Source of the DNA: Octopus sinensis
Taxonomy: Eukaryota
Direction: 5' to 3'
DNA length: 64,000 nt
Assembly: GCF_006345805.1 (NCBI RefSeq)
Contig: NC_043003.1
Coordinates: 103,478,001 to 103,542,000 of the forward strand
This document shows positions 1-13,429 of this stretch, in pieces. The notes under the pieces were generated by a model, which ran no database searches, was not told the origin of the DNA, and saw only the letters and a list, made by a program, of their open reading frames with translations. A program made the position numbers and the translations under genes. The stretch's first letter is position 1. Every line of letters starts with the position of its first letter.

Positions 1-11
1 TTTCTCTACAG

Positions 12-168
12 ATCAGCCAAATATCCCAAGTGCTGGAATTAGCGCTGGCACGGCGAAATATATCGTGGTATATCGTCTTGTTGTAAGAGGAAAGTTCCGA
101 CTGCCATACTTTTTCTAAATTTGGTGAAATATGTTCGGGTCACTATGTTTATTCACATCTTCATCTAC
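12..168 (+). other. Candidate upstream exon of unknown + strand gene (coding extent unresolved)
   Basis: Acceptor tttctctacag at 1-11; donor TAC|gtaagc at 169 (alternative GTT|gtaaga at 83). The frame ending phase 0 at 168 reads ...RWHGEIYRGISSCCKRKVPTAILFLNLVKYVRVTMFIHIFIY but has TAG at 40-42; in-frame ATG at 145. Confidence 0.45.
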
Positions 169-178
169 GTAAGCATGC

Positions 179-597
179 ATGTATGTATGTATGTATGTAT
201 GTATGTATGTATGTGTATGTATGTATGTATGTATGTATGTATGTATGTATGTGTATGTGTGTGTATGTATGTATGTATGTATGTATGTATGTATGTATGT
301 ATGTATGTATGTATGTATGTGTGTATGTGTGTATGTATGTATGTATGTGTGTGTATGTGTGTATGTGTCTATGTATGTATGTGTATGTGTGTATGTATGT
401 ATGTTTGTATGTGTGTGTGAAAACAAAGAAACAAAAGAAAAGAGAGATGCAGGATTAGAAAGAAAAAAAGAAACAAACCAACATACAAAGAAAGAAAGAA
501 AGACAGAAAGAAATAAAGAAAGAAAGAATGAAAGGAAGGAAGGAAAGAAAGAAAGAAACAAAGAAACAAAGAAAGAAAGAAAGAAGGAAAGAAAGAA
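179..597. repeat. (GTAT)n/(GT)n followed by (GAAA)n compound microsatellite
   Basis: Directly visible; source of the spurious MYVC/HTYI/KKER ORFs. Confidence 0.97.
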
Positions 598-653
598 TAT
601 AGTGTAACCAGACTAATAACAAACTAATATCTTCTTTTCGCCTTTGAAATCAG

Positions 654-716
654 ATGAACTTTGAAGATGCCCTTGATGGCTGGGAGGAATTCGCTCAGTC
701 GATACGAATGAGAAGG
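654..716 (+). CDS. Coding exon A of unknown gene (MNFEDALDGWEEFAQSIRMRR), phase 0/0
   Basis: cttcttttcgcctttgaaatcag acceptor, AGG|gtaagt donor, 63 nt; the other two frames contain stops; paralogous to exon 5395-5460. Confidence 0.75.
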
Positions 717-947
717 GTAAGTGCTTCAACCGTTCGCTTATTCAAATACGCTAATAATTCACGCCTGGCTCTTGTACGATTATTATATAGCGACTTAGTG
801 ACTCTCCCATCACTATTGCACCACGTTGTTCGCTGAGGATATCTGATAAGGCTGGATGACATCCGGAGTTGTCTCCCGTACTTGCCGAAAGAATTAAAAT
901 AATATTAGTCATTGAGCTGATATATGATGTCACCCTACTGCACTGCC

Positions 948-1775
<828 letters not shown>

Positions 1776-4495
1776 GTTGATACTAAGGAGGCTAAGAACA
1801 ATAAAGATGATGATTTTAACAATGATGATTGTCGTGTAGTGTGTATATTAATGTGTGGGTATGCAACACAAATTTAACGGCTCAGGTTTGTTTATGTTTG
1901 AGTTCAAATCCTACCGGAGTTGACTTTGTCTTTCACACCCTAGACACGTCATCTAGTGGACATATTATCAGTTGACCATACCTTAGCCCCTTCTACAACA
2001 GATATAGGTTTGTAAAATTCTACTAATGCATAGAATTCAATACTCGATATAAGATATAAACTCAACAGAATAGCCAGTCAATATCATTTTTCTCTGAACA
2101 TTTGGATTATTTAGTTTCTTATCTTTGATAAGGGGAATCTTACTCGAAATATAACGGAAGATATACAATATCTGCTATTAAGTTTTATATAAAGGCATCA
2201 CCTACATGCATTGCTTGAAGGTTTTACATTTATAGCATAAACATTGTATTGTGTAAGTGGTGGGATAGAAAGCCCTCAATATTTTGTCCTTGTGGTCATT
2301 ATTCTGTCGACTCAGAGAAATTATTCAATAATATGTTTAAAGTGCAAATGACTGAGCATTCCATAATACTCATGCGGAATCAATGTGACTCAGATTCGGA
2401 TTACGGTTATTATCTACTTGGAAGATTTCCGTATAGTTTCCGTCTACCATATTTCACTCATAAGGTATTGATGGTCTCGAAACTATAGAAATTTTCTCAA
2501 GATGACAAGCAGTGAAATCGAACTTGGGATCTGAAGATGCTAACCTAACTTCAGATAATAAAACAGATTGTTGGAATGATCTTTGAAAACCATTCCGGAA
2601 ATCTCTATTATTATCAGCTTTTGTACAATCTGTTATTAAGTAGTATAGATGAGGTGAAATGCAAAGTGAATTCTATAGGGATCTTAACTCAAGCGTAAAG
2701 GTCAGACATGATTGCTGTTAGACATTCAACAAGCCGATACATACACATACACACATAAATAAATACATACATACATACACATACACTCACACATACATAC
2801 ATACATACATACATACATACATACATACATACATACATACATACATACATACATACATACATACGTACGTACGTACGTACGTACAAAGTAAAACTGCCTC
2901 GAATATGCCGGCGTAGAGAAAACGGTTTTGTTTTCGTTTCGTTTTTCCCTGAACTTGATTTGAACGTCATGACTACTCGTTTTCAGTTTTCGTTGCTTTA
3001 ATTACAGCAACATTGTTTCGTTTCGTTTCAGGCAAAAATTGTTAACCTTGATGACGAAGACAATGGATTTAACGATAGTGATGAGGTATGCATTCGAACA
3101 ATTTTTTTTTTTTTTGCTTACACTGAAGAGAAAATAACATATGAAAAAATAAAAAAAGACAAAGAAAGACAAAAAATAACAATACTCCAAAGAAATTGTT
3201 TTAACTTCCAGTAATTTCCAATAACTTTCGACAGAATCCAGTGCATTCTATAAAGTGACAGATGTCTCGAGGTAAAATGTTTTAAAAGCAGAAATTAAAA
3301 CTCTTTCACTTACATTTTTTTACTTCTCGCATAACTTGGAGCCATTTTTGTTTTAATATATATAATTATGTTGGATGAAATTTCAGTAAAATTACTAGAT
3401 TTTTTACGCTCGTAAACATTCAGAGCCGATTAGCTGTACAGAATACCACATAAGTAATGTAACTTTAACTGGAGTTAGGGGAGGAAATTTTGAAATGCTT
3501 CGTGCGACATGTATTATTAATGTTAATTATAACTATTATCAAGCTTTAATATTTGTTTTAGCTATGAGGGGTATAAACACATTGTTTTATATTCGTTGAT
3601 CAAACATTTATTCAAGCAAATGTGAGCTACGACGAAGAAAGGTGTTGGGGGCAATGTCCCTCACAAAAACCTAAACTTGTCACAAAACCTAAACGTATGT
3701 CACAAAAGAGCCAACGAAGGAGTATTTATGTGGTCGTTCCAACAACTTGAAATAGTAGCCAAATCTCCTTCAAATCACACTTTACTGTTTCTTAACGAGA
3801 AAATGTCTCATTTGAAAATGCAGCCTAAAAACAAGTTGGTACGATAAGGGCGGGAATGCCTTTGATTAAAAGTGTATTCGTTCAGGTCTGACCTAGGGCT
3901 GAACAACAAGTTTTAGACACCATTTTTTCCCCAAGCATAAGGGAGATTAAAATGAGCTGAAACAATAAAACACCGGAAGTGAACGGCTTCTAGTATTTAG
4001 TCTTATTCCTCTAAGCCTGCAGGAGTCAACTTGGCAGTTTCATGCATCTGGAACTGATGACAAAAACAATGTATCGGTCATGTAGGAAGATGATCCGATT
4101 GATTGAGATTCAGTCGTGTACAGAGATGAATCGATTGAGTCTAACCCTGCCTTTTGCACCCACAATCTTGTGCCCTACAAGTTGCAATATACAGCCAGTG
4201 TTCACATGCATTCTCACAATTCATTTTGTAGGATTTAAAATCTCTACCTATAACACACATACAGACACACGGACTTTGAAAAAGAAATGCAAGGCCGGGT
4301 TATACTGCTAGTCAAAAATAAATGAAGACAGATACTAGAGAGTAATTATAAATGTAAGCAAACGAGAAAAGAAAGAACAACAAAAATGAAGAGTGAAATA
4401 GCATGTTAGAGAACGCAATCTCCATCATTTAAAAGGCGCGGAAGTTGGCGTTGATTATTTTATGCAATCAATCTAGGAATCTTAATGAATTAATA

Positions 4496-4637
4496 TTCTC
4501 TGTTACATTACAGTAAGTAAACGAATATTCTAGGCTCCAGCCAGTTGAGTCACCTACTCATTGACTCAGTAAGTGAATTGGCTGAGCACGGCACAGATAC
4601 GTGTACCCGTAAAGCTTTGTCCTCATGTAGAACTAGC
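4496..4637. repeat. Left arm of 142-bp inverted repeat (partner 9233-9374)
   Basis: Base-by-base comparison with the reverse complement of 9233-9374 gives 3 mismatches in 142 and no indels. Confidence 0.95.
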
Positions 4638-5394
4638 GAACTTAAAAATTTTAAGGTATTAAAATTTTAATGAACTAAAATTAATCTAGTGAACTTAGAC
4701 ATTTTATTGAATTAAAAGTCATGGAGAGAAGATCAAATCGTCAGCTTAATGAAAAAGTTCGGTCAAGAAAAGAAAGAGAACACAAATCAAAATCTTATAT
4801 CAAATTTAATCAAAAATAGAATGAGGTCATTGCAATGGGAAATCAATCTTATGTTTGCGATACGGAGAAAATAAGGAACATTTTTCGGTCTTATTGGTTC
4901 TCTTCGGGGAAGTACTCCTATACAAAAAGGACTTGAGAAATGTATAGATTTTTTTTATGAATGCACAGCAAGTGGTGTAGTACCTCAGTATGTATGCATG
5001 CATGCATTTACATACATATAAAATATTTGTAGAGCAGTAACGGTTAAAACTATATTTCGCTGAGAAGGTGTAATAAGACCGAAACATGTTCAGAGTTGTT
5101 ACCCTACTGCTAAGCTCAGATTCACTCCTCACTACATTGCTCGCATTCTATTTTTAATTCATTTTAATTCATTAAGCTTCTACATTATCTATTTTGCCTT
5201 CTTTGACCAGATTTGATCGATAATTTCTCCTCATAAATGGTGTTGTTATTATTATTATTATTTCAAATTTCTCACTCACTACATTAAGTGTATGAACACA
5301 ATCCTTGCTGTTTTCATTCTCATTAAGAGCGCAACTGCGTATTTCTTCATAGTCTCCGCCAAATGCTAAACTGAGATTCTCTCTGCTACTTCAG

Positions 5395-5460
5395 GTGAAA
5401 TTTGAAGATGCTGTTGACAGCGTTGACCAATACAAAGGCTCCATGCAGCTTGTCAAACGG
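5395..5460 (+). CDS. Coding exon B of unknown gene (VKFEDAVDSVDQYKGSMQLVKR), phase 0/0
   Basis: ttctctctgctacttcag acceptor, CGG|gtacgt donor, 66 nt; the other frames contain stops; shares TTTGAAGATGC / FEDA-x-D with exon A. Confidence 0.75.
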
Positions 5461-5745
5461 GTACGTAAATATACTATTGTATTTTATGCTGTTTTTGTTG
5501 ATGATGATGATGATGACGATGACGACGATGACGACGATGAGGTTCTTATTGTTCTAATGACTCGAAAGGTGTCCTATGTTATTATATCAATATCTATATA
5601 CATAAAACAGTCAATTGAGAACATATAGAGAAGTACAGAGATATATAGGTAAATATATGTAAAAAAAAATTAAGAAAAAATAAAGAAAAAACGAAAATGT
5701 TCACATCAATATACGTATTTTGTTATACGTTCGAAATTTCCCCAA

Positions 5746-5791
5746 GACACCTGATGAAGGCAGGAGGGTATATCAGCCGAAACGTTGTGTT
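5746..5791 (+). ncRNA. Minimal type I hammerhead ribozyme in a Penelope-type terminal repeat fragment
   Basis: gacac-CTGATGA-a-ggc...gcc-GAAAC-GTT-gtgtt; stem I gacac/gtgtt, palindromic ACGU stem III; related copies at 35382-35520 and 35612-35756. Confidence 0.75.
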
Positions 5792-5935
5792 AACAACAAA
5801 CAAGATGAGGACAAATACCCGTCAAATGTAAATAATGTAAATAAAATAAATAGATAGATAGATAAAATTATACATACATATCTATCATATATGCATGTAT
5901 ATGTACAAATGGATATATATAAATATATATATATG

Positions 5936-5988
<53 letters not shown>

Positions 5989-6009
5989 ATATGTCACAAT
6001 TATTCGGTA

Positions 6010-6079
6010 GCCAAGATAAAACTCTGAGTTTCGGATGTCGAGGTGGAAATCCGCACCACCATCTCTTCGGCTATCTGGC
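6010..6079 (-). ncRNA. Type I hammerhead-like motif with U4C core variant
   Basis: Minus strand: gccagatag-CCGAAGA-gatg...catc-c-GAAACTC-a-GAGTT-ttatcttggc. Confidence 0.6.
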
Positions 6080-6082
6080 CAT

Positions 6083-6119
<37 letters not shown>

Positions 6120-6175
6120 TATATAGAAGGAGCTTCTACAGGACTAGAACTGTTTCATTCAAGAGAAATCATCAA

Positions 6176-6228
6176 GAGCTTCCTGATGATTTCTCTTGAA
6201 TGAAACAGATCTAGTCCTGTAGAAGCTC
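6176..6228 (+). ncRNA. Type I hammerhead ribozyme with intact core, inside a 131-bp palindrome (6114-6244)
   Basis: gagcttc-CTGATGA-tttctcttgaat-GAAACAG-atctagtc-CTGTA-gaagctc; 7-bp stem I, 4-bp stem III, predicted cleavage after GUA at 6221. Confidence 0.8.
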
Positions 6229-6310
6229 CTTCTATATAATAAATTAATTTTACTCTGCTATGTATTGAGTACCTTATTTACTGTGGTTAACCCCGAATCA
6301 ACCCGGGACC

Positions 6311-6375
<65 letters not shown>

Positions 6376-6384
6376 ATATATATA

Positions 6385-6415
<31 letters not shown>

Positions 6416-6892
6416 CATACATACATACATACATACATACATACATACATACATACATACATACATACATACATACATACATACACGTGAGTGTGAGTAC
6501 ATGTGTGCGTGCGTATGTATGTATATGTTCTGTCTACATATTGACGTAGATCAACACACAGATATATATGTCCATTATACAATTATCAGTAACACACGCA
6601 CGCAAACAAACCAAACATGTTTCTACAAACATACACTCGCAGAGAGAAAAATACTTCTAGAATCTAGACCTACCACCAAACTAAACATATACAGCGGCAT
6701 CCTATTGAACCATAACTATTGAATTTCCATCGTCCACAAAGTAAAAGCAACCTCAAAACACCGGAAGTATCTTTCATTGGAAAATCTGTCACGCTGTCTA
6801 CTTCCGCATAGGTTATAATACTCACTAAACGCAATAAATCTTCAATGGAAGCAAACTGGTTGCGCTATCTTTATATATGTGTGTATATATAT

Positions 6893-6962
<70 letters not shown>

Positions 6963-7206
6963 GTATGCATAGATATATATGTGCATATACGTACATGTTT
7001 ATGTCCCTATGTATATGAACATATGTGTGTGTGTGTGTTTGTCTGTTTAAGAGGCGCAGGCATGGATGTGTGATTAAAAATTTCGCTTCACATTAATATG
7101 GTTTGAAGTTCAATCCCACTGCAGGGCACTTAGATAAAGACAGAGTGAGAGAATGAGTGTGAGAGCGGGAGAGAGAGAGAGAGAAAGAGAGAAAGAGGAG
7201 CGGGCC

Positions 7207-7207
<1 letters not shown>

Positions 7208-7288
<81 letters not shown>
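7208..7288. repeat. (GATA)n microsatellite
   Basis: Directly visible; second long tract at 24652-24746. Confidence 0.97.
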
Positions 7289-7612
7289 GAGTTAGCAACA
7301 GGGAAACATGTACAGAAGCCTCTGTTTGCGTTAACCTCCATATTTTCCGAACAGATAAAAATATTTCCCCTAAATGAACAACAGGCTTTTTTTTTCCTAC
7401 TCAATGTTCTTTCAAACGTGCAGAACCCGTTTTATGTAACACAGTCGTTCTAAAAATAAACAACTTTGACGGATATTTTTACTATTCCTGCGATAAGTGT
7501 AGATTTAGAGATTGGAATTAGTTTGTATTTTTATTTGTTTTTGTTTTTGCTGACGTCTGCTGTTTGTCACGTAAAATAGAAAGAAGTTCCAGGTAAATAT
7601 ATATATATAATA

Positions 7613-7701
<89 letters not shown>

Positions 7702-8051
7702 CACAAATGAAAGACAGAAGATGGAATATAGGAGAATTTATTATTAATCACAATTTTCTCAACACATCTAACATATATATCTTTTATCTTTCATTTGTCT
7801 TTCATCTGTTTCGGTCCTTAATATGCGGCCATGCTGGGGCACAATCTTGAAAAAATGGAGTCGAACAAGTCGACCTCAGTACTTACTTTTTTAAAGCCTG
7901 GTGCTTATTCACTCGCTCGCTCTTGCCGAACCGCTATGTTACGGAGATATAAGCACACTGATAGCGGTGGCGGAGAACAAACAGACTCAAAGACACACAT
8001 ACATATATGTATGTATACATATAGACACATATACATACATACAAACATATA

Positions 8052-8161
<110 letters not shown>

Positions 8162-8277
8162 TAATTATATATATATATATATATATTTACATATGTATGG
8201 AATATATAGAATATAAAAAATCGGGAGGTATGAGATGAATATATTCATTTCACCAGTTGACATCCTATGGATATCAA

Positions 8278-8280
<3 letters not shown>

Positions 8281-8353
<73 letters not shown>
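8281..8353. repeat. (CT)n microsatellite
   Basis: Directly visible. Confidence 0.97.
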
Positions 8354-8359
<6 letters not shown>

Positions 8360-9232
8360 TCTTCCTTGACTCTCTCGTTGCTCACACGTGACCAACGGCT
8401 GTCTATCTTTCTTTCTTCCACTACCTTCCTAAAGACAAGACGTGTTTTTGCCTGTCTTTTCTCAAAGCTCGTTTTCCCAGTGTTCACCAATTCACCTCGT
8501 CATGGCTTCACAGCCCTCACCGTTTATAGTTACTGTTTTGTTCTTACTGTGCTGTTTTTGTTACCACTTTAACCCTCCGCAAAAAATCCCAAATTTTATT
8601 TAATTTACTTTGCAGGAAGGACTGTTTTAACGAAGTCGCTTCTTGTCCCTACCTTCGATAAGCGGGGTAGATAAAACAGAGGACAACTGATGAAAGGAAT
8701 TTTATTTTCTCATTTTGTTCATGTTTTTTTGACGTCCTGTACCCATGTATGCATGTATATATACATATACATTCAGGCATGTACATGCATGTGTGTATAT
8801 ATGCATATATATATTATTTTATTATATATATATATATATATATAAAACATGTGTAGTAGATATATATAAACTATGTAGCAGATATGTAATCAGGGCTCAA
8901 ATTGAGCTACTTATCCGAACATTGAAAAAAGGGATGAACAGCTTTAATTAATTTTCGAACCTTATTGTGTTCTCTTTAATGGGTCTGCATCAATTTGACC
9001 AGTCATGAGAAACGAGCAGCCGATCTGTTTATTTAATCAATAGTTCCAGTAGCTACACAGAACTGGAGCTACATTGATTCCACAGCGCTGCATTTCGGAC
9101 AAGCTCCCTTTTACTTTCGCTTCGATTCGATCTAATCTTTCTGAGTTAAAATGGGTAGACAAAAGCTGAATGAAAGTCCATTGAATGCATTAAGTCTACA
9201 ATTCTAAGAGTTAGCATTTGTAACTGTGTCAA

Positions 9233-9374
9233 GCTAGTTCTACATGAGGACAAAGCTTTACGGGTACACGTATCTGTGCCGTGCTCAGCCAATTCACTTA
9301 CTGAGTCAATGAGTAGGTGTCTCAACTGGCTGGAACCTAGAATATTCGTTTACTTACTGGAATGTAACAGAGAA
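9233..9374. repeat. Right arm of 142-bp inverted repeat (partner 4496-4637)
   Basis: Reverse complement of the left arm with 3 mismatches. Confidence 0.95.
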
Positions 9375-9654
9375 ACTCTGTGTATGTATGCATTTGTACG
9401 TGAAGGTTACAGTCTATGTGCACACGTATATGGTAAATTGTATATAACAGTCAGAGAAGGGTAACCAAAGTGAGTAAATGTATATGTCTGTATGTGTGTG
9501 TGTGTGAACAAAAAGCAGTGCGTTTCTGTGAGTCTGCGTGTGTATGTGCATCAACCTATCCACACGCATCGTTTCAAGCAGAATAATAATAGAATTCTCA
9601 GTGATGCAGTTAAATGTAGAATTTGGTTATTAAACTCATATATACATACATACA

Positions 9655-9696
<42 letters not shown>

Positions 9697-9773
9697 CACA
9701 TAGATGTGTGTGCATATATGTAAGTATGTATTTATATACATGGATGTATGGATGTGTGTGTATTCACACAAAC

Positions 9774-9784
<11 letters not shown>

Positions 9785-9856
<72 letters not shown>
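9785..9856. repeat. (GT)n microsatellite
   Basis: Directly visible. Confidence 0.97.
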
Positions 9857-9859
<3 letters not shown>

Positions 9860-10449
9860 CTAAAAGAAAAAAACTGACATTAACCATCGTTAATGGGACT
9901 TTTCAGTTCATTAATTACGTATGTATACTTGAAATATATATATATATATATAATAAACACGTATACAGCTTGAAATATACATACGCATGTACGCAGCCAT
10001 TCATACAGATACACATAATGCACGCAGATGCAAATACGTTCATTGCTGTTGGGCATGCGCACACTCATGCGCAAACACATATACATATACGTACAGCTTT
10101 ATTGTTATATATGCAAATACATACATGTAAGTACGCAACTTTAGTGCTAGACATATGCACACAGACGGCTCTGCAATATGCATTCATACACACACGTACA
10201 CATACATACACATACTCTCACATAACATATATATTCACACACATACATATTTACACAGAGAGAGAGTTTTGACGTTAGACATAAAATAAGCGGATTTCCG
10301 TCGGTGCTCGAGAAACTGAATTCCTGACTCATTGAATTTCCGTGTATGCAGCTGAGTATCCCAGAAGTAGAAGTCCCTTAACGTGACACTCAAGTGGGAT
10401 CAGCATGACATAATGTGACAAGGCAGGACCTTCGAATTACGAGCATAAT

Positions 10450-11500
10450 CCATTCAACAGTCTTCCGCGGTTTCCACAGCGTACTTCGTGAGACTCCAAA
10501 ACGCCCTCTCAACGACTCCTACCAACTTCTCGTCTCAACCAACACGCTACTCTTTATAAGAGTTCGGCTAGTCCATTCTTCCAATCCTCCAGGGGTGTCA
10601 ATGACTCTCGCCACAACATCTCTCCCTTTGAGATCGACTCTCGTTGGAAGTTAATATTATTATTTCTATTTATTTATTTTTCTTTCATCACATCTCCCTT
10701 TTTGAGATTTTCCTCCAAGGGAAGTTTAATATTTAGGCACTACTTCCAACCGTTCTGTTTATCACCTCTTTCTTGTACTGCTACGCCTAAGTTCAATTTC
10801 TTGTGGGGTTGGAACATCGAAGGTGTCATAAAAAACCTCCATGGGTATCTCTTTTCTTTTTTCTGCATATCTATTTTTTAGTTGGTTTAAATGTCTTTTG
10901 TGTTCCCATTTTCTGCCCCTTATCATATATATCATTTTGCCTATTCTTTTTGTTACTACTCCATCTTCCCAACCTTGTCTTCCATTTTTATATATTTTGA
11001 AAAACACCTTGTCACCTATATCAAAATACTTTGTCGCATTTTTAGTGTCTTCCCTATTTATTTTCCTTACTGGTAACAGCTTGTCGAAAATTGACTTTAT
11101 TTTTCGAGCAAACATTAGTTCGGCAGGCGATTTGCTTGAAAAAGTGTTTGGGTTTGATGTTATCCTATAAACCCTCAAGAATTGTGTCAATGCCACGTCA
11201 TCGACTAACTTGTTTCTTGGTTTCTTTAATACTCTTTTAAATGCATTCACGAACCTTTCTGCTTATCTGTTTGATCTTGGGTGATACGGAGGAATAGTGA
11301 TATGTTCAATTGAATACATCTTGCAAAAATTCATAAATTCATTCGCCGTGAATTGTGTACCGTTATCGGAGACTATGGTATCCAGGACACCATACCTAAC
11401 GAAAAGTTCGTGTAGAAGTTCCACTGTTACCGTGGATGTCGGTTTTCTACATTTACACGTATCTGGTTATTTTGAAAAACTATCTACCACTATTAGATAA
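10450..11500 (-). mobile_element. Ty3/Gypsy LTR retrotransposon remnant: integrase fragment, polypurine tract and partial 3' LTR
   Basis: Minus-strand translation IVVDSFSK*...IVSDNGTQFTANEF...PPYHPRSNR*AERFVNAFKRVLKK...SPAELMFARKI (rve core with stops); PPT aaagggagaga followed by TGTTGTGG at about 10618. Confidence 0.88.
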
Positions 11501-11740
11501 TATGATCAGTTTAACAGTCTTGTTTTGTGTTGTCTGGACCATGAAATATCGGTATAGGTTGGTAGGTAGGTAGGTAGGTAGGTAGGTAGGTAAGTACTAC
11601 GTACGTACGTACGTAGATGAGAGCGAGGAATGTATATATATATAAATGTGTATGTCCATATGCACACATACACAGAAGCACGTATTGCCATGGTTTTTAT
11701 CAAGTTTCACTTATCCGTATCATTGCTTCTATTTCTACAG

Positions 11741-11806
11741 GAAGCCAGTGAAGAGGAAAAGAAAAAGAAAAACCGACTCACAAACCTTCTGGATGTCATC
11801 AACAAA
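11741..11806 (+). CDS. Coding exon C of unknown gene (EASEEEKKKKNRLTNLLDVINK), phase 0/0
   Basis: cttctatttctacag acceptor, AAA|gtaagt donor, 66 nt open, phase-compatible with exons A and B. Confidence 0.72.
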
Positions 11807-12149
11807 GTAAGTTAACCTCTCATCTTAGCACGCTTTATCCCTCGATACATTTATCGGTTTATTGCTTTATATCGAACTTTGGAGAAAATTGCGTCATTGG
11901 TTATAGATTTCGAGTGGCCAGTCACTGGTTCACTGCATTTGCGTCGGCGATGGTGACAAGGGGAGTGTTTGTAATTTGCTGCCGAGCAAATATCACAAGG
12001 CTCTTTTTTCGAAACGCATTTATTTTTACTGTTTTTTTTTTCTGTTGAATAACTTTTATCCGTCACCGACATACATCACGCACACATACACAAGCATATA
12101 CATATACATATATATGAATGTATGTATGTATGTACGAATGTATGTAATT

Positions 12150-13425
12150 ATTCAGTTTATTTCAAGATTTCTTGCCAATAGAGAAAGAACTGGTTTCTAA
12201 CCTAGATCCAAGGCGCTTTCACTGGAATTTCAACATCAACAACAGGGTATTTTTGTTTGTTTATTTGTGTGTATGTATGTATGTATGTATGTATGTATGT
12301 ATGTATGTATGTATGTATGTATGTATGTATGTATGTCTGAGCAGATTTTCATGTTTTATGTATATATTCTCATGCATATAATTGCATATCTAGACATGCT
12401 CACATATATTTAAATGATAAACCTCTGGAAAGTTTTACCGATTTTTACAGTTCCAGTGATGGATTGGATCAGTAGTCTTCGAATTAGCTTTCTCCTTTCT
12501 GATTTTGAGAGGCCTAATTTCTCAAGATTCGTATTTAGGCAGTGTGTTACATATCCCAGGGCCCCAAAAATTACAGATATAAATCTGAACTTGTAATCTG
12601 GATAGAGAGAGTAACTTCAGATTTCTCAATAGTTCAGCATAGGTGTTCTCTTTTTCACTGATCTTCAGCTTTATGTTAGCATCTGTTGGGCAGCTAATTT
12701 CCACAGCTGTACACAGTTTCTTTTCTCTATCCCAAATCATTATATCAGGTCTGTTGAGCTTACATTTCACTGAGGTCTTCACTGGGACATTCCACCAGTA
12801 TTTTATTATGAGTGGCTATGGCTTCTACCATATTGTAAGTTATTTCTTTGTCTTCGAGATTATCCTTCCGACGGATTGCATTATAGAATGTCCTAGCTAC
12901 AGCATCATGTATCATCAGTAGATAATAACATTTTCGGATAACTGCTTATGATGTGGGTGATATCTTCAGTGTGAACTCTACAAAGTCTGCATCAGTTGTC
13001 ACATTTTATGGCTTTTCCTGCATCTCTATCTCTTTTGTGCATCAGGTAATTGGTTGTTACTCTCATCTCGGAGCTTTCTACTAAATATCCAAGCATAGTC
13101 TTCTGCTCATATAGGCTCATTCTTTCATCTGATGATACGTTGCGGCAGAGTCGTGCAACTTCTTTGGGCATGTATTCTAGGTTATCAGACAAAGAATGTT
13201 GCTCAAGGGACTGCCTTCCAAGTCTTATGATGTTATCAGTCTCATGTATGCAAACTTGGTCAAGGGATGCTCTTCGACACTTGGTGGTTAAAACATGTTG
13301 CCAGAGGGATATGATGCGACATTCAAAGGCATTTTGGATCGATGTTAAGCCTCTGCCGCCTTGTTTTCGTTTTAGGTAGAGGCGGTCTAAATCACTGTTT
13401 ATGTGGAAATTATGTGTGCTTGTCG
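12150..13425 (-). mobile_element. 5'-truncated, decayed non-LTR retrotransposon with restriction-like endonuclease (R4/Dong-like)
   Basis: DRLYLNRKQGGRGL (RT C-terminus), CRLC...HIIS zinc knuckle remnant, NRPDIMIWDREKKLCTAVEISCP (PD-D/ExK RLE), ends GTVKIGKTF; AATAAA near 12160. Confidence 0.85.
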
Positions 13426-13429
13426 ATAC

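Noticed and set aside
115-607. Long ORFs of MYVC/HTYI/YI/VC/I/N/SL repeats here and throughout, including 48336-49201
   Set aside because: Stop-free translations of microsatellites; no domain or splice support.
8680-8720. CTGATGA as a hammerhead core
   Set aside because: No downstream GAAA or stem III.
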